Below the pieces are notes generated by a model that made no database searches, was not told the DNA's origin, and saw nothing but the letters and a program-made list of their open reading frames with translations. Below, in pieces: positions 23,772 to 35,860 of a stretch of 64,000 bases of DNA (the first letter of the stretch is position 1; the number at the start of each line of letters is the position of its first letter). Source of the DNA: Macrostomum lignano (Eukaryota). The DNA lies in assembly GCA_002269645.1 (NCBI GenBank), contig NIVC01000854.1, positions 248,001 through 312,000 on the forward strand. Reading direction: 5' to 3'. The translations under genes were made by a program, and so were the position numbers.

Positions 23772-24414
23772 AGTTTGCTGCGTAGAGCCCATGAACCCTT
23801 TTTAAACCTATCCAGGCCTCCCATCTGTTGGCTTAAATCCTAGTTTGCCCCTTTTATTTTCCGCCATTTGGACAGTCTGAGGACTCCCTTGTTGTGCCAG
23901 CATCAGTTGCCCGGTCTGTGACCCGGTTTCCGGTAAGGTGCACCCTATCTGGGTCCCGCATTTCTAGATTGTCGTTGGCTGCGCCCCCTTCTCTCTTGCT
24001 GCTCACCCAACTATTGCTCATCATGCATTTTGACCCTCCCCCCTTTTGTGCATGCTCCCCAGGGCTCTGCCAATTGACTCCCGGCATCCCATCAAACATA
24101 TTTAGGTGCCCTTTTGTTTTATGTTATTAGTCGGGCCGGCACCCCTGTCATTAATTTAGACAATTAACAGGGCGTCAGCTTGCATTTTAAATTCAAAGTC
24201 AGTTTAAACTCCCATTTACTTAGCATTACTGCATTTACACTCAATTTGATCAGGTCAGCTGGTTATTAATTCAACATCACATCTCCTGCTCAATCTTTTC
24301 AGGTGGAACTTTTGTCAACTTTATGTTGCCTAATCTCAATTAAGGCCAAATATTTTTTTGTTTTAAATAAAGTGGCTACGCTTCCACTCTGCCTTATCAT
24401 TTGAACAGGGAGAG

Positions 24415-25569
24415 TGAAGTGAGCACTAGTTTAGTGTTAGGTGCCCCCTTTGTCAGCTGTGCCCTGCACCCTTCTGAGCTGTTGGCTGCCGCTGGCTGCA
24501 GCTCTCCCTCCTTCTCTTTCTCCCTCTCCTGCTCCCTCTCCCTCCCATTGTCCTTTTGCCTGCCTCTGCTCCTCCCTTTCCCCCCCCCTTCCGGTTTGTC
24601 TCTGTTCCCAGTGTCTGAGCTTCTCCGCTCAGCCTGTCCTTGATTCATTGTCTGTCTAGCCTTCACCCCCCCCTCTTTCTTGTGTGGCTGCATTTGTTCT
24701 CTCTGTCTGGCCTGTACAGTAGCAGATCACGTGCCCTAGTCGCTCTGTCCCTTTCTTGTGCTGCCTTGTACAATCTTGGGTGTCAGTCTCTAAATTTGGA
24801 ATAGCGTCCTTGCCTCTCAGGCGGGGCTCCGCACTTAGAACTGAATTATGCCAGGTGAGGGGCGCAGTGAGAGCAGCCTTGTGCACTCTGGCGCAATGGG
24901 TTGTTGCACGGTATGGTGAAATTGATCAGCTAGCCTATAAGTACGGGCCTCTTGTGCCTCTGTTTGGCAACCCTTCTGTTAACCTTTCTCTCTGCTAGCG
25001 CTCAGATAACCACTCTCTTAAAAGTCCAGCGCAGCCTGCGCTAGGCCTTAGCCAACCTATCTGATTTCTGATCCATCTTCGACTGTGTGTCTTTGAGTGT
25101 GCTAAATCCCAACCAAACTAACAGAGACTAGCACAGTTTCTCATCCCCGCACTTGAGCCCAGCAGGACCGCTGACAAGTTGTGCACTAGTACGAACTATC
25201 AAATCTGCACGGGGTGCTGAGTTCTTGTGTCTCGTTTATTTCACTTAGCCCGGAGTCTCCCTCTTTGAAGGACAAGATCCGAGCAAGCTGGTGGCAGCAC
25301 TACCAACGCTACTAAGAACAGCTAGAAGGCTTCCTGGGAGAGTCTACCAAGAGCTCAAGGTAGGCAGCTTGAGTGACTGAGTAGGAAGCGCCAAGCAACT
25401 ATACTTCACTGGTGGCAGCGGTGGGATTCCAAGACCTATGGCTAGGCCACCCAAGACAAACTAAAAACCACCAACAACTATACTTCACTGGTGGCAGCAG
25501 TGGGATTCCAAGACCCATGGCTAGGCCACCCAAGACAAACTAGAAACCACCCAAAACAACTGTACTTCA
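24415..25569 (+). repeat. 3' LTR including two terminal PBS-containing tandem units
   Basis: Matches the 5' LTR; ACTTCA end motif at 25403-25408, 25482-25487 and 25564-25569. Confidence 0.9.
25410..25429 (+). promoter_or_regulatory. tRNA-Leu primer-binding site (second copy 25489-25508)
   Basis: TGGTGGCAGCGGTGGGATTC is complementary to the 3' end of eukaryotic tRNA-Leu(AAG/TAG), ...GAATCCCACCGCTGCCA-CCA. Confidence 0.85.
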
Positions 25570-25859
25570 ATATATTGTGATTATTATTAATATTAGCTAT
25601 TATATATATTGATACTATTTATCAATATTTTATTTTTATGTTTATGCTTGTGGACCAAGTTATTATTATTAATTTATTCTAATCTAATATACAAAATATG
25701 ATAATCTAATAATAGCTCAAACTATCAATTAGGTAACAAAAGTTCTTTGCATTTATTCAATTGAAAACTATCTATATTTTCAAGTTAGTTAAAATGTAAA
25801 TATAGGCCTATATGAATATTAGGCATGTAGCTAAAATTCTTATCAAAGGGGACTTAATC

Positions 25860-26162
25860 AAAGAATGGGGAATGTAGGAGAATCTTTGAAGGATAGGGAG
25901 AAGGTGGAGGAATCCAAGAATGGGGGAGGGTAGGGGAATCCAAGAATGGGGAGGGTAGGAGAATCTTTAAAGGATGGGAAGAAGGTGGAGGAATCCAAGA
26001 ATGGGGGAGGGGAGGGTAATCCAAGAATGGGGGGAGGGTAGGAGAATCCTTAAATGATGGGGAGAGGGTAGAGGAATCCAAGAATAGGAGAGGGTAAGGG
26101 AATCTAAGAATGCAGGAGGGTAGGGGAATCCTTGAAGGATGGGGGAGGATAGGGGAATCCAA
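25860..26162. repeat. Degenerate G-rich minisatellite (GGGAATCCAAGAATGGGGGAG-like)
   Basis: Diverged tandem units. Confidence 0.8.
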
Positions 26163-26572
26163 GACTGTGGGCAGGCTATCAGACCTGGTTAAAGCTGCAC
26201 AGTGTTTTTTTATGATCTGCATTTTTCTGGATTTTTAGGTTTTCAGGATGGGGCACAATTGTCTGAAAAAGTCTCCATGGAACCCTGAAACTCCACTTTT
26301 CCTTGACAAAAACAAGAAAAATTCTTCTAAAAATTCTCAGAATCTAAAAATTCGAGTTGGCTCTTCAGCCTCCTTGGCAAGACAGTGCATGTATAATTTC
26401 TTATCTAGTGTACTTTTCCCAAAGTTTGAAATTTTCTTTAAATTAATATAATTTGCACTTTTATACACTTGTGTAACCAATATGCTATAATATTCTATCA
26501 TTGTGCTTTTACCATTTCATCTTCCCTCTTAGTTCTGTTCTACCATCTAGCATTGTCTCTTAAAGCATATCA

Positions 26573-27550
26573 TTGGCTGAGCCTATAGAAGTTGCAAGCA
26601 ATAAAGATAGGATTTTTGATGATCTATTTGGACAGCTCCCAAGCAGCTACCATGGCAGAGTGTTTGCAGCTGAGAGTTCATGGCTGGACATGCAAGCTTT
26701 GCTGAAATGCTCTTTTACAATATTTTTTGCCAACATAGGTCTGTGTTGCAATTATTCTGTTCAGGTATTGAATTTTGGGTGCACTGCTTGCCATCTTTTG
26801 CAAGTCTGTGAGGCTTGCCTTGCTATATATCATAGAGATCATCCTCTTCATGTAGTGGAAGAATGGAACATATGTAATTTGGCATCATATTGTTTTGTGT
26901 TTCCCTGCTTAAAGTCCAATATCCTATAAATGAAAACTTTTGATTCTAAAATTATTAAATATATCCAGTGTAGCAAGTGAATATCTGCATCTATAATACT
27001 GCAACTAAAAATTTATTCCAGGGCTACATGTTTAAACAAATGAAGAATGACATTCAGCTAAAGCGGCACTGTGGTTGCAAGCTTTCATATTCATCAAAAT
27101 TTGCAGTCTCATTGATAACCAAAAATGGCATGGTCTTGATAATATTGGTCTTTATATTTTCATTTCATTAGTGCAGTATTGACACTGATTGTAGTAAATA
27201 GTTAAAGGATGTATTTTTGCTTTTTAGTTTTACTTACTAAGACTCTTTAAAGGCTTTTACTTTATACTAAAAGTTCACTCTAGCAGTGAAACACTGGAAT
27301 GACTAGACATTTTAAATTGACATATTTTCAGCTGCTGAGCTTCAAGCAACTATAGAGGTCTGTGGCTGCACTTCAATCTATTTGGCTCTTCTGTCTTATG
27401 GTTTCATGATGACACATGCACCATCGCAGTCTCCAGCCATATGTCATGCCATGACCACAGCACTCATTCTTAGAATGGATTCTGTAGTATGTTCCTATTT
27501 TGCATCTATCATCAGTTTGTTCGACATTGAAGAATATCAACAGTCAAGTC
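26573..27550 (+). pseudogene. Spliced remnant of a CxC cysteine-cluster protein of the kind associated with KDZ (Kyakuja-Dileera-Zisupton) transposases
   Basis: Segments C..C...CEACLAIYHRDHPLHVVEEWN | GYMFK...HCGC..VSLITKNG | IEVCGCTSIYLALLSYGF...P; AG acceptors at about 27020 and 27330; no DDE domain seen. Confidence 0.6.
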
Positions 27551-27674
27551 TGGGGCATGCCTGCTATAAGTTTACAATGCAGTGTTGGAATTTTGCTTAT
27601 TTCTATTGAAAACAATTGCAAAAATTAAGTTTTTCTTGGCCATATAATTCCATTTTACTTTTTAGTTGATATTG

Positions 27675-28122
27675 GACTTCACCACTCCCCACATTTTGGA
27701 ACTTTCCCACTACCCACATTCTGGAACTTCCTCACTACCCATATTCTGGAACTTCCCCACTTCCCATATTCTGGAACTTCCCTACTTCCCACATTCTGGA
27801 ACTTCCCCACTTCCCACATTCTAGAACTTCCCCACTCCCTATATTCTGGAACTTCCCCACTTCCCACATTCTGGAACTTCCTTACTACCCACATTCTGGA
27901 ACTTCCCCACTTCCTATATTCTAGAACGTTCCTACTTCCCACATTTTGGAACTTCCCCACTACCCACATTCTGGAACTTCCCCACTACCCACATTCTAGA
28001 ACTTCCCCACTCCCTATATTCTGGAACTTCCCCACTTCCCACATTCTGGAACTTCTTCACTACCCACATTCTGGAACTTCCCCACTTCCTATATTCTAGA
28101 ACTTTCCTACTTCCTTTCCTAG
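27675..28122. repeat. 25-bp minisatellite (CTGGAACTTCCCCACTTCCCACATT)
   Basis: About 17 tandem units. Confidence 0.95.
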
Positions 28123-28236
28123 ACATATTTTATAAAGACAGACAGAAGACAGATAAATAGCTGGAAAGCCTCACTGAAACAAATTTAACTTCAATTATTT
28201 GACTCTAGTTAATTTCACTTTAACTGAAACAAATAA

Positions 28237-28621
28237 TGGCCGAAGAAACCATCGGAGAAGCAATGGTACTTGAATCGTCCAATTGGCAAAAACACCCTAG
28301 CAAAGTGTCTGCATGAAATGTGCACTGAAGCCAAGATTTCTGGCCACAAGACACAATCATAGTCTATGCGCTACGTGTGCTACACGTCTTTACCAAGCTG
28401 GCGTTGAAGAACAGCAAATAATGGAACAAACAGGCCACCGAAGTTTGGCTGGAGTCCACACGTACAAGCAGACGTCCGACATTCAAATCGCCAATTCCTG
28501 CGCTGTGTTGGATGCTAAAATACTACGCGAGGCTGAGACAGACGCAGCTAGGCCTAGCGTCTGCGGTGAGCATCAGCTGAATTTCAGTTTTAATAACTGC
28601 TCAGTCATCATCAAAAATTGA
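28237..28621 (+). pseudogene. Crypton-type tyrosine recombinase (DUF3504-like) C-terminal remnant
   Basis: WY..RPIGKNTL...GHKT/NHSLCATCATRLYQAGVEEQQIMEQTGHRSLAGVHTYK; +1 frameshift near 28351; HSLR mutated to HSLC. Confidence 0.8.
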
Positions 28622-30719
28622 TTACAAGCATGCAATGAACCCAACTGTTAGTAACTAAAAACTGATTAACCTTAAGCCGAAACTAACCAACTAACCTAAG
28701 TAAACTAAGCTACTTTGCTGCCTACTAATAAGACCCAGAAATTATCGTTTTCCAGTTATATTCATAATCTCATTTTTTGTCATCCAGAATCAAATATAAA
28801 ATATACAACCCGAAAAATACAAATTCTAGATTGGTGTTTTGTGTCTATGGTAAAAATACATCCCGGAAAAGAGCTTTGCAGGGATTTAAAAATAGTTAAA
28901 CAATAATTTGATATTTTAAAATTTATATTTAAATCATATAATACAAAGGAAAGAAGTATTATAAAAAGTTAGAGTTAAAACTTATATGTCTCTTGATAAG
29001 CTTAAACCAAAGTTGAAAATATAAAAAATAGATTTTAGCTGTTTAACTTGTTTAATTAAACAAATCTAACTTAGGCCTAGCTTTGAGTTATATTAGGCCT
29101 AACTTAGATTAGATATATGACCTTTGTATACCATTACAAAAGAGGCTTCTTAGCTAGATCTAGAATATTTTTATAATAGGCCTTATAAATATATATAATA
29201 ATAATATTCATATAGAATAGGCCTAAGCCTAAAATATTAATTTAAAATTATCAATGATATAAGCCCAATTGCAACAAATTTTCTTTTATTTATATTGAAA
29301 AAGGCTTTGTTCATTAATAAATCACTTTATTAGAAATATCACATTTTTAAATTATAACATTTGTTATACTATATGAATATTAGAAATGCATATTTTATAT
29401 ATTTTATATTTTGTCATTTTGTTTTAAATAGCAAAGGAAATTTTAGCATAAATAGGAGATAGCTAAAGACTAAACCAAATAAATTATGGTAAGTTTCATT
29501 GTATTATTCTTCTTTTTCCTTGCCTTTGAGCTTTATAAAAGTTAGAAATAGGCCCAGGGCTTGTATTCCCTCATGTTAATTATTTCAAGTATTAAATAAG
29601 CCTAGTGATTTAGAAATAGCCCTAAGATTGAGAGAATTTAATCCATTCCTAGAAAACAAAGTATCTAGATTTAGAATCTAAGAAATTGCCTTTAGGAGGC
29701 AAAAATCTTATCATAGGCCCTAGGGTAAAGTAATCTAGACTTAGAGTCTGAGAAACCTATTTTAGGGTAGAATACCCAGCAAATAACACCCAAGACTGAG
29801 AGAATAATTTTTTTAGAGGAATTTAGGGATAGGCCTAGACACTAAGGGCCTAGGCCTATAAGACCACTCAGGCCAAAAATAGGGCCTATAGTATATGTAA
29901 ATAGGCCTATGCTACCAGTAGGTAAATACATGCACTACGACTACTACCATGTCTACCAGTAGATAAACTGATAGACCTGTTAACTGGTATTAAAATAAAA
30001 TCAATGGCAAAAGATTTCTATTAGGCTAAATCAAGGGCCTAGCTTAATAGCCTTTTAATCACTAGCTTAAAATATATAATTATAATTGAGACAAGCCTAG
30101 ACCGATCTTGAAGCTGAAGCTTTACAAAATAAAAATTTTGTTTTTACTATTTTGTATAAAAAACATATATTAGACATTATTGTAGGGTATAATATGTACC
30201 AATATATTGTGATATTTCAATTTTAAGCTAGGGGTAGTAGGGCCTAGCATTTGAAATTTTTGCAGCACTGCCAACTAAGCAACAACAAAGCAACTACACT
30301 TGCTTTCTTAAGTGTAGGCCTAAGTCATAGTCATAGGTCTGGAACACCATGGCATATCAGGCTTTTAAGGCCATTTATATTATATTGAAATATCACATAT
30401 TTAATAGCCTACTATAGATAGAGTGGTACACATAAAATCTTAAGTCGTCCTTGAAAACCAAGTCTTATGGGGGGGGCTAGTGACTGGGTTATCTATAGTT
30501 ATACTATAGACAGTGGATAGAGGCTTTTTAGTGGATTCCATTATACTAATAATACTAGTGCTAGTGGTCGTGGATAGTATAGTGGATTTTTAGTTATATA
30601 ACATATATTATAAATTCTTTCATAGAAAACGGAATTCTACCCGTATTCTATACGGTAACATGCTACGGCTCGATAGATGGGTGCTGACCAGTTCGGCGAC
30701 AAACAAATTCGGCGACAGA

Positions 30720-30980
30720 GGGCCTTTTCATATTACCAATTCCAGAACCAGAATCGGTTTGGAATTCCAAGAAAAACAGCAGTATAACTATTAAACTCTG
30801 TTAATATTTGACTGCCTTAACAACCTCACTTAGCACAATTTTTTCAAATTCTTTTTGGCGATTGTCATTCAATAATAAAAACTTTATAGCACGTATCTCC
30901 CTCTAGTTATGGAGACAAAAAGTTATACTTCACAAATTGGTTCTGGTTCTGGAACCAGAACAAGCAATATGAAAAGGCCC
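30720..30980. mobile_element. Harbinger-like MITE nested in the left TIR region of the MULE-like element
   Basis: TIR GGGCCTTTTCATATT; TSD AGA (or CAGAG if the termini are GGCC); the empty site GCGACAGAGATTCAC survives in the host's right arm. Confidence 0.75.
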
Positions 30981-31519
30981 AGAGATTCACAATGGACTAA
31001 TTCGGCGAAAGCAAATTCGGTGACAATCTAGGCAAATTCGGCGACAATTAATCAAGGAGAAACAATTGCGTATGATTTGAATAATTCCTTTTGTAGAATG
31101 GTATTTTATAATGCAGATTAGCTTTCTCTTTTTAACTGAGTTTGTTTTATCTATCATTTATTCTTAGTGAGTCCTTTCCAAGACAAGTCCTTTCCAAGAA
31201 ATATTCAAATTTCAGGCTGAGCGGCCTGAAATTATGGTGGTGGCAGCTCTACCCTACTGAAAGTAACAAGCTCAGCAAATCGACGCATTAATCTACGGTG
31301 TCAAAATCTCGGTGTCTACCATTTGAACGACCGCGCCGCCACACGACCGCACCGCTACGATACGACTATCCTCCCCCCGGAATTTGAGGACCCCGGCAGT
31401 CGGAGTAAAACAGGAGAAATAGTTTCGTTGTGATTCGTCTGCGCGACATCTCCGGATTTATTCGTGCGAACGCAACGCCGGCAGGAATTCAAACGTGGAA
31501 TCCGCCCCCACCTCAATTC

Positions 31520-31975
31520 GGGGCGCTTTCATTAGGCCGAAATTTCACTTCGCCGAAAAGCAGCCTCTTTCACTAGGCCGAAACTTCATTAGGCCGAAAC
31601 TTCACGTTGCCGAAATGACTAGCACGCTCTTTAATTCATAAGGCCAAAACTTCATTAGGCCGAAACTTAACACTTTGCCGAAAAATCATTTTAGCAGCCT
31701 CTTTCTCACTAGGCCGAAACTTCACTAGGCCGAAACTTCACTAGGCCGAAAAATCATTTTAGCAGCCTCTTTCACTAGGCCGAAACTTCACATTGCTGAA
31801 AAATCATTTTAGCAGCCCCTTTCACTAGGCCGAAACTTTCGGCTTAGTGAAGTTTCGTCCTTCTGAAAGAGCGTGCTAGTCATTTCGGCAAAGTGAAGTT
31901 TCGGCCTAATGAAGTTTCGGCCTTGGGAAGATGCTTTCGGCAATGTAAAATTTCGGCCTAGTGAAACCCCCCCCC
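31520..31975. mobile_element. Second MULE-like MITE nested in the host
   Basis: Termini GGGG..TTTCA.TAGGCCGAAATTT; 9-bp TSD CCTCAATTC (31511-31519, 31976-31984); internal TAGGCCGAAAC repeats. Confidence 0.8.
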
Positions 31976-32169
31976 CCTCAATTCATCATGAGTGTCAGCA
32001 ACCGACCGATTTCAAGTCAAACCCCAAGTTTAATTTTCTTTCTCCACCCCACCTCATTTGCTTTAACTTGTCTTTAATTAGGCTAGCTATAAAAAGACGT
32101 GTCGCTGAATTTGTCGCCAAAGATTTGAATTGTTTGAATTGTTTGAATTGTTTGAAATTGTTTGAATTG

Positions 32170-32640
32170 TTTGAATTGTCGCCGAATTTGCCTAGATTGT
32201 CGCCGAATTTGCCTAGATTGTCGCCGAATTTGCCTAGATTGTCACCGAATTTGCCTAGATTGTCACCGAATTTGCCTAGATTGTCACCGAATTTGCCTAG
32301 ATTGTCACCGAATTTGCCTAGATTGTCACCGAATTTGCCTAGATTGTCACCGAATTTGCCTAGATTGTCACCGAATTTGCTTAGATTGTCGCCGAATTTG
32401 CCTAGATTGTCGCCGAATTTGCCTAGATTGTCACCGAATTTGCCTAGATTGTCACCGAATTTGCCTAGATTGTCGCCGAATTTGCCTAGATTGTCACCGA
32501 ATTTGCCTAGATTGTCACCGAATTTGCCTAGATTGTCGCCGAATTTGCCTAGATTGTCACCGAATTTGCCTAGATTGTCACCGAATTTGCCTAGATTGTC
32601 ACCGAATTTGCCTAGATTGTCGCCGAATTTGCTTTCGCCG
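32170..32640. repeat. 21-bp subterminal array (GAATTTGCCTAGATTGTC[G/A]CC)
   Basis: About 22 units; about 2 inverted copies near 31000-31050. Confidence 0.95.
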
Positions 32641-34332
32641 AATTAGTCCATTGTGAATCTCTGTCGCCGAATTTGTTTGTCGCCGAATTTGCGTGCATCC
32701 TCGATAGACATCGGGAGTTTTCATGTTTTACGCCTATTGCCGATGTTTATGGAAAACATCGGTACGGTTGCCCATGGAGCATCTTGCGTGATTTTCTGAA
32801 TTTCTATTAGCTAAGTTGTTGTATTGTTAATAATTATTTTGCTCTATTTTTAGTCACGCGTTATTCAAAGTACTTCTTAGTTTAGAGTTTATTTTTAGTG
32901 TGAACAGGCCAAAACAACCAGACGCAATTCAAGTCAAGTGACTCAGCGGAGGGTCGACAGTTTTCCAGTGTACCGCTTTGCGCGGCCAGCCTATCAAGAT
33001 CGTTCTGGACCCCTGGCACGTGGCAAACAAGTTCTACCCGGCCTGAGAGAGCGCCGCGGGTTCAATGCAATCTGGATTAGCAAGCGGCCGGCCAGACACC
33101 CACCACCCGGCTTGAAGGGTGGTTTGGAAGTGACTATATATAGGAAAGTGTTTTGGCGGTTCTCTTCTGCAGTTTTCGGCTCCTCTGGTTTGTTTCATCT
33201 CCCAGCCGTTTTGCCATCTGCCGTGCTTTGAGGCGCTTATTCGAGTTGAGCCCCGGTCTTTACTTTGTCCCCCCTGCCCGACCGCAATAGCCTTGCTGGC
33301 GTAACACTCGCGATAAACTTGTCCAGAGAGTGTCGTTGGCAAGCGCGGTTTAGACAGGAACTGACAGTTTTGACATAGTACGCGACCTCAATCCCGAGGG
33401 CCTCAGTGTTGCACTGAAGGGCAGATCTAGTAGAATTTGGCCAGAGATTCACTGAGAACTGTTAATCCGTGTCAGGGTCCTCGCCTGAGATCGAGTAGGC
33501 TTTGGGATTAGGCCAGTGGTTAGGTAGGGAGTTTTCTCCGTGGTCCTTGTTCGGTTTCTCCTTCTTTCCGTCTTCTTCCAGAGCTGAGATCCGCTCACCT
33601 AGTTGCGTCAATCATATTTATATCAATAATGTCATTAATGTGTTATTCTGACTGTGTGTACTTCGCTACTTTGCTACGCCGGGCCAGTCGGCCGTTCTCT
33701 CCCCCCTCCTCAGATATTTTCTGACTCACCCACCTGCAATTCTGCGCGTGCTTACCCCCCTCCCTGCCCAGGCCTTTTCCGTTTAGTCAAACCCCCCCCC
33801 CTTGCTCTGTGTGCGCCCCGTGCGACCCCGCCCCATTCTTTTGTTAGCTTTGCTGCCCCGCACCTGTTTGTGATTGGCTGCCAGTCCCAGTCTGCCGTGC
33901 TGCGCCCCGGCGATTGGCTGGTACGGCTCATGTTTTTCCTATGCTGATGTCTAAGCCCCCTTTTCTGCCTTTATCCCGCGCCCTCACCCCCCAGTTTGCT
34001 GCCTATTTATTCGGACCCCCTTGAGACCCCATTCTCGTCATCTTCGTGGCTCCCCGGTGATTGTGCCAGCGTTAATTGCGATACAAATACAATTAAAAGA
34101 ATATCGATCAATACTACGAGTACCACTGCTCTGACGGCGCTGTGTCTTGTTGTACGACCGAAATCGCGGCTGGAAAGCCTTCCAATTTGCAAGTCATTTG
34201 GGTCTGCCCAAAGTTTAAGATTAAGTGCGTCGTACGCCGGTCCCACCCCAAGCAGCTCTGCGTCGTACGCGAGTCTGTAGGCTGTCGTGCGTCGTACGCT
34301 CGAGCAGCCTAGTCCCGACGGACACCGCGTCG

Positions 34333-35370
34333 AGTGACAGCTGGAGCGATTCTGAAGTCCACTGTTACACTGACGGCTCTATGAAGCATGGTCTTTCAGG
34401 CTTCGGAGCGTGCGTCTTCTTCAAGGGAGAAGTGGCGTGGAGCTACTCCCAGCACACTGGGCTCAACTCCAGTGTTTTTCAGAGCGAGGTGCTTGCCATC
34501 AGCTCCTGCGCGGCAGAACTGCGCCGAAGGCAGCTTAGCGGTCGGAAGCTTATTTTTCACTCTGACAGCCAAGCAGCCCTTCGGGCCCTCTGCCGCTGCA
34601 CCACCAGCTCCAGGTCCGTCCTGGACTGCAACACCCAGCTCAACGGGCTTGCGCTAGGCAACCAGGTAGAGCTCAGATGGATCCCGGGCCACGCCGGTTT
34701 CCTCGGCAACGAGCGCGCCGACCTGCTGGCCAAGGCTGGCTCCGCCGGCGCGTTGCTGGGACCGGGCCCGGGGCCCCCATCCCCGCCTCGGTGATCAACT
34801 CCCGCGTTAAGCGCTGGGCTGACTCCGAGCATCTCCGCAGGTGGCACGACACCCGGAATTGTAGGCAATCCCGGGCGGCCGTCCCCTGCCCCTCCCCTCT
34901 CCTGCGTAGAGCCCTCCTCAGGCTCAACCGCAGAGACCTCAGAGCAGTTAGCATGGCCCTCTCCGGGCATGGCTGCTTCTCTCGCCACCGCTTCCTTCAG
35001 GGCCAGGTACCCGAGGAGCGGTGCCCCTTCTGCCGCTCAGGCAGTGAAAACGCCGAGCATTTTATCTGCCACTGCCCGGTTTTCACCAGGGCCAGGCTCA
35101 CTCACCTCGGGCCAAACCCGGTTCTCTCCGACGTTTGCAGGCCCGAGAGCATCCCGCCGCTCGCCCGGTACCTCAGGGACACGGGACGAGCCGATTTCTT
35201 CCCCACTGTCGGTGAGGAGGATCGCGCTGCAGGCGAGACCGACGGGTCCCCCTGAGCGACTTCACTTCAACGGAAGTCATTGGTCGCCAGGGGCTAGCGG
35301 AATGGGCGGTCTCCTCCGCCTCCCCGCTGCATCCGCCGGACGCCCCCTGCAGCTAAGTCAAGTAAGTCAA
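34333..35370 (+). mobile_element. 5'-truncated non-LTR retrotransposon (Loa/R1-group-like), RNase H plus C-terminal zinc finger
   Basis: CYTDGS, VFQSEVLAI, IFHSDSQAAL, WIPGHAG..GNERAD, LSGHG...CPFC...EHFICHCP; AGTCAAGTAAGTCAA tail; 12-bp TSD GACACCGCGTCG. Confidence 0.9.
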
Positions 35371-35744
35371 GACACCGCGTCGTACGCGTGTCAGTGGAGG
35401 ACCGCAGCCACGGTCAGTACGCGAACCCGGGTCTGGGAAAGGGGCACGAAAGGACCGAGCCTTTGAGCCCCATCACCACAATTATTACTGTTCGAGTTTA
35501 ACTGCGTTGCGAATTACGTTATTAAGAATTGTGTAACCTTGTATTGATTAATGATTAAATTAAAGCGTGAAGTCTTATCAGTCGTTCTTAACTAGGATTA
35601 TCACTCTCTAAATCTGCCTGGAATCGTTTTCAACCGCGTTCTTTATTTACTTCTACCGTACCTGCGACTATTGGAGAAAGTCTGGTATAGAGTCAGTTAC
35701 TTTCCCGTTAAGTGGCCTTAAGGTTATTACATGAATCCACTCGG

Positions 35745-35860
35745 ACAGTTTGTATCCTTGAGCAAGAGATTGAGACCTCCACTTCTCTCTGCATTGCTTC
35801 TTAGTTCACTAGCTGTAAAATGGGTAACAGCATTATACATGTACAGTAGCTGGGGTACAT
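35745..35860 (+). mobile_element. Degenerate CORE-like SINE fragment
   Basis: TTTGTATCCTTGAGCAAG...CTGCATTGCTTC..AGTTCAC.AGCTGTAAAATGGGT resembles the 2598-2904 SINE. Confidence 0.55.

Larger units (their letters stand above)
15498..25569 (+). mobile_element. Decayed Ty3/Gypsy LTR retrotransposon (gag and protease deleted)
   Basis: Termini TGAAGT...ACTTCA, 4-bp TSD ATAT (15494-15497, 25570-25573), two LTR copies, RT-RNaseH-INT domain order, polypurine tract AACAGGGAGAG at 24404-24414. Confidence 0.92.
30679..32700. mobile_element. MULE-like non-autonomous TIR element
   Basis: TIRs GGRTGC...TTCGGCGACAAACAAATTCGGCGACAGAG; 9-bp TSD TCGATAGAT/TCGATAGAC. Confidence 0.8.

Noticed and set aside
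25396-25569. CRISPR-like short repeat-spacer pattern
   Set aside because: Spacers are near-identical and contain a tRNA PBS; eukaryotic LTR context; no cas genes
31909-32656. (LPRLSPN)n and (CHRICLD)n ORFs
   Set aside because: 21-bp subterminal array of the MULE-like element
32938-34000. Short ORFs on both strands
   Set aside because: No recognisable motifs, in-frame stops, no consistent splicing; left unannotated
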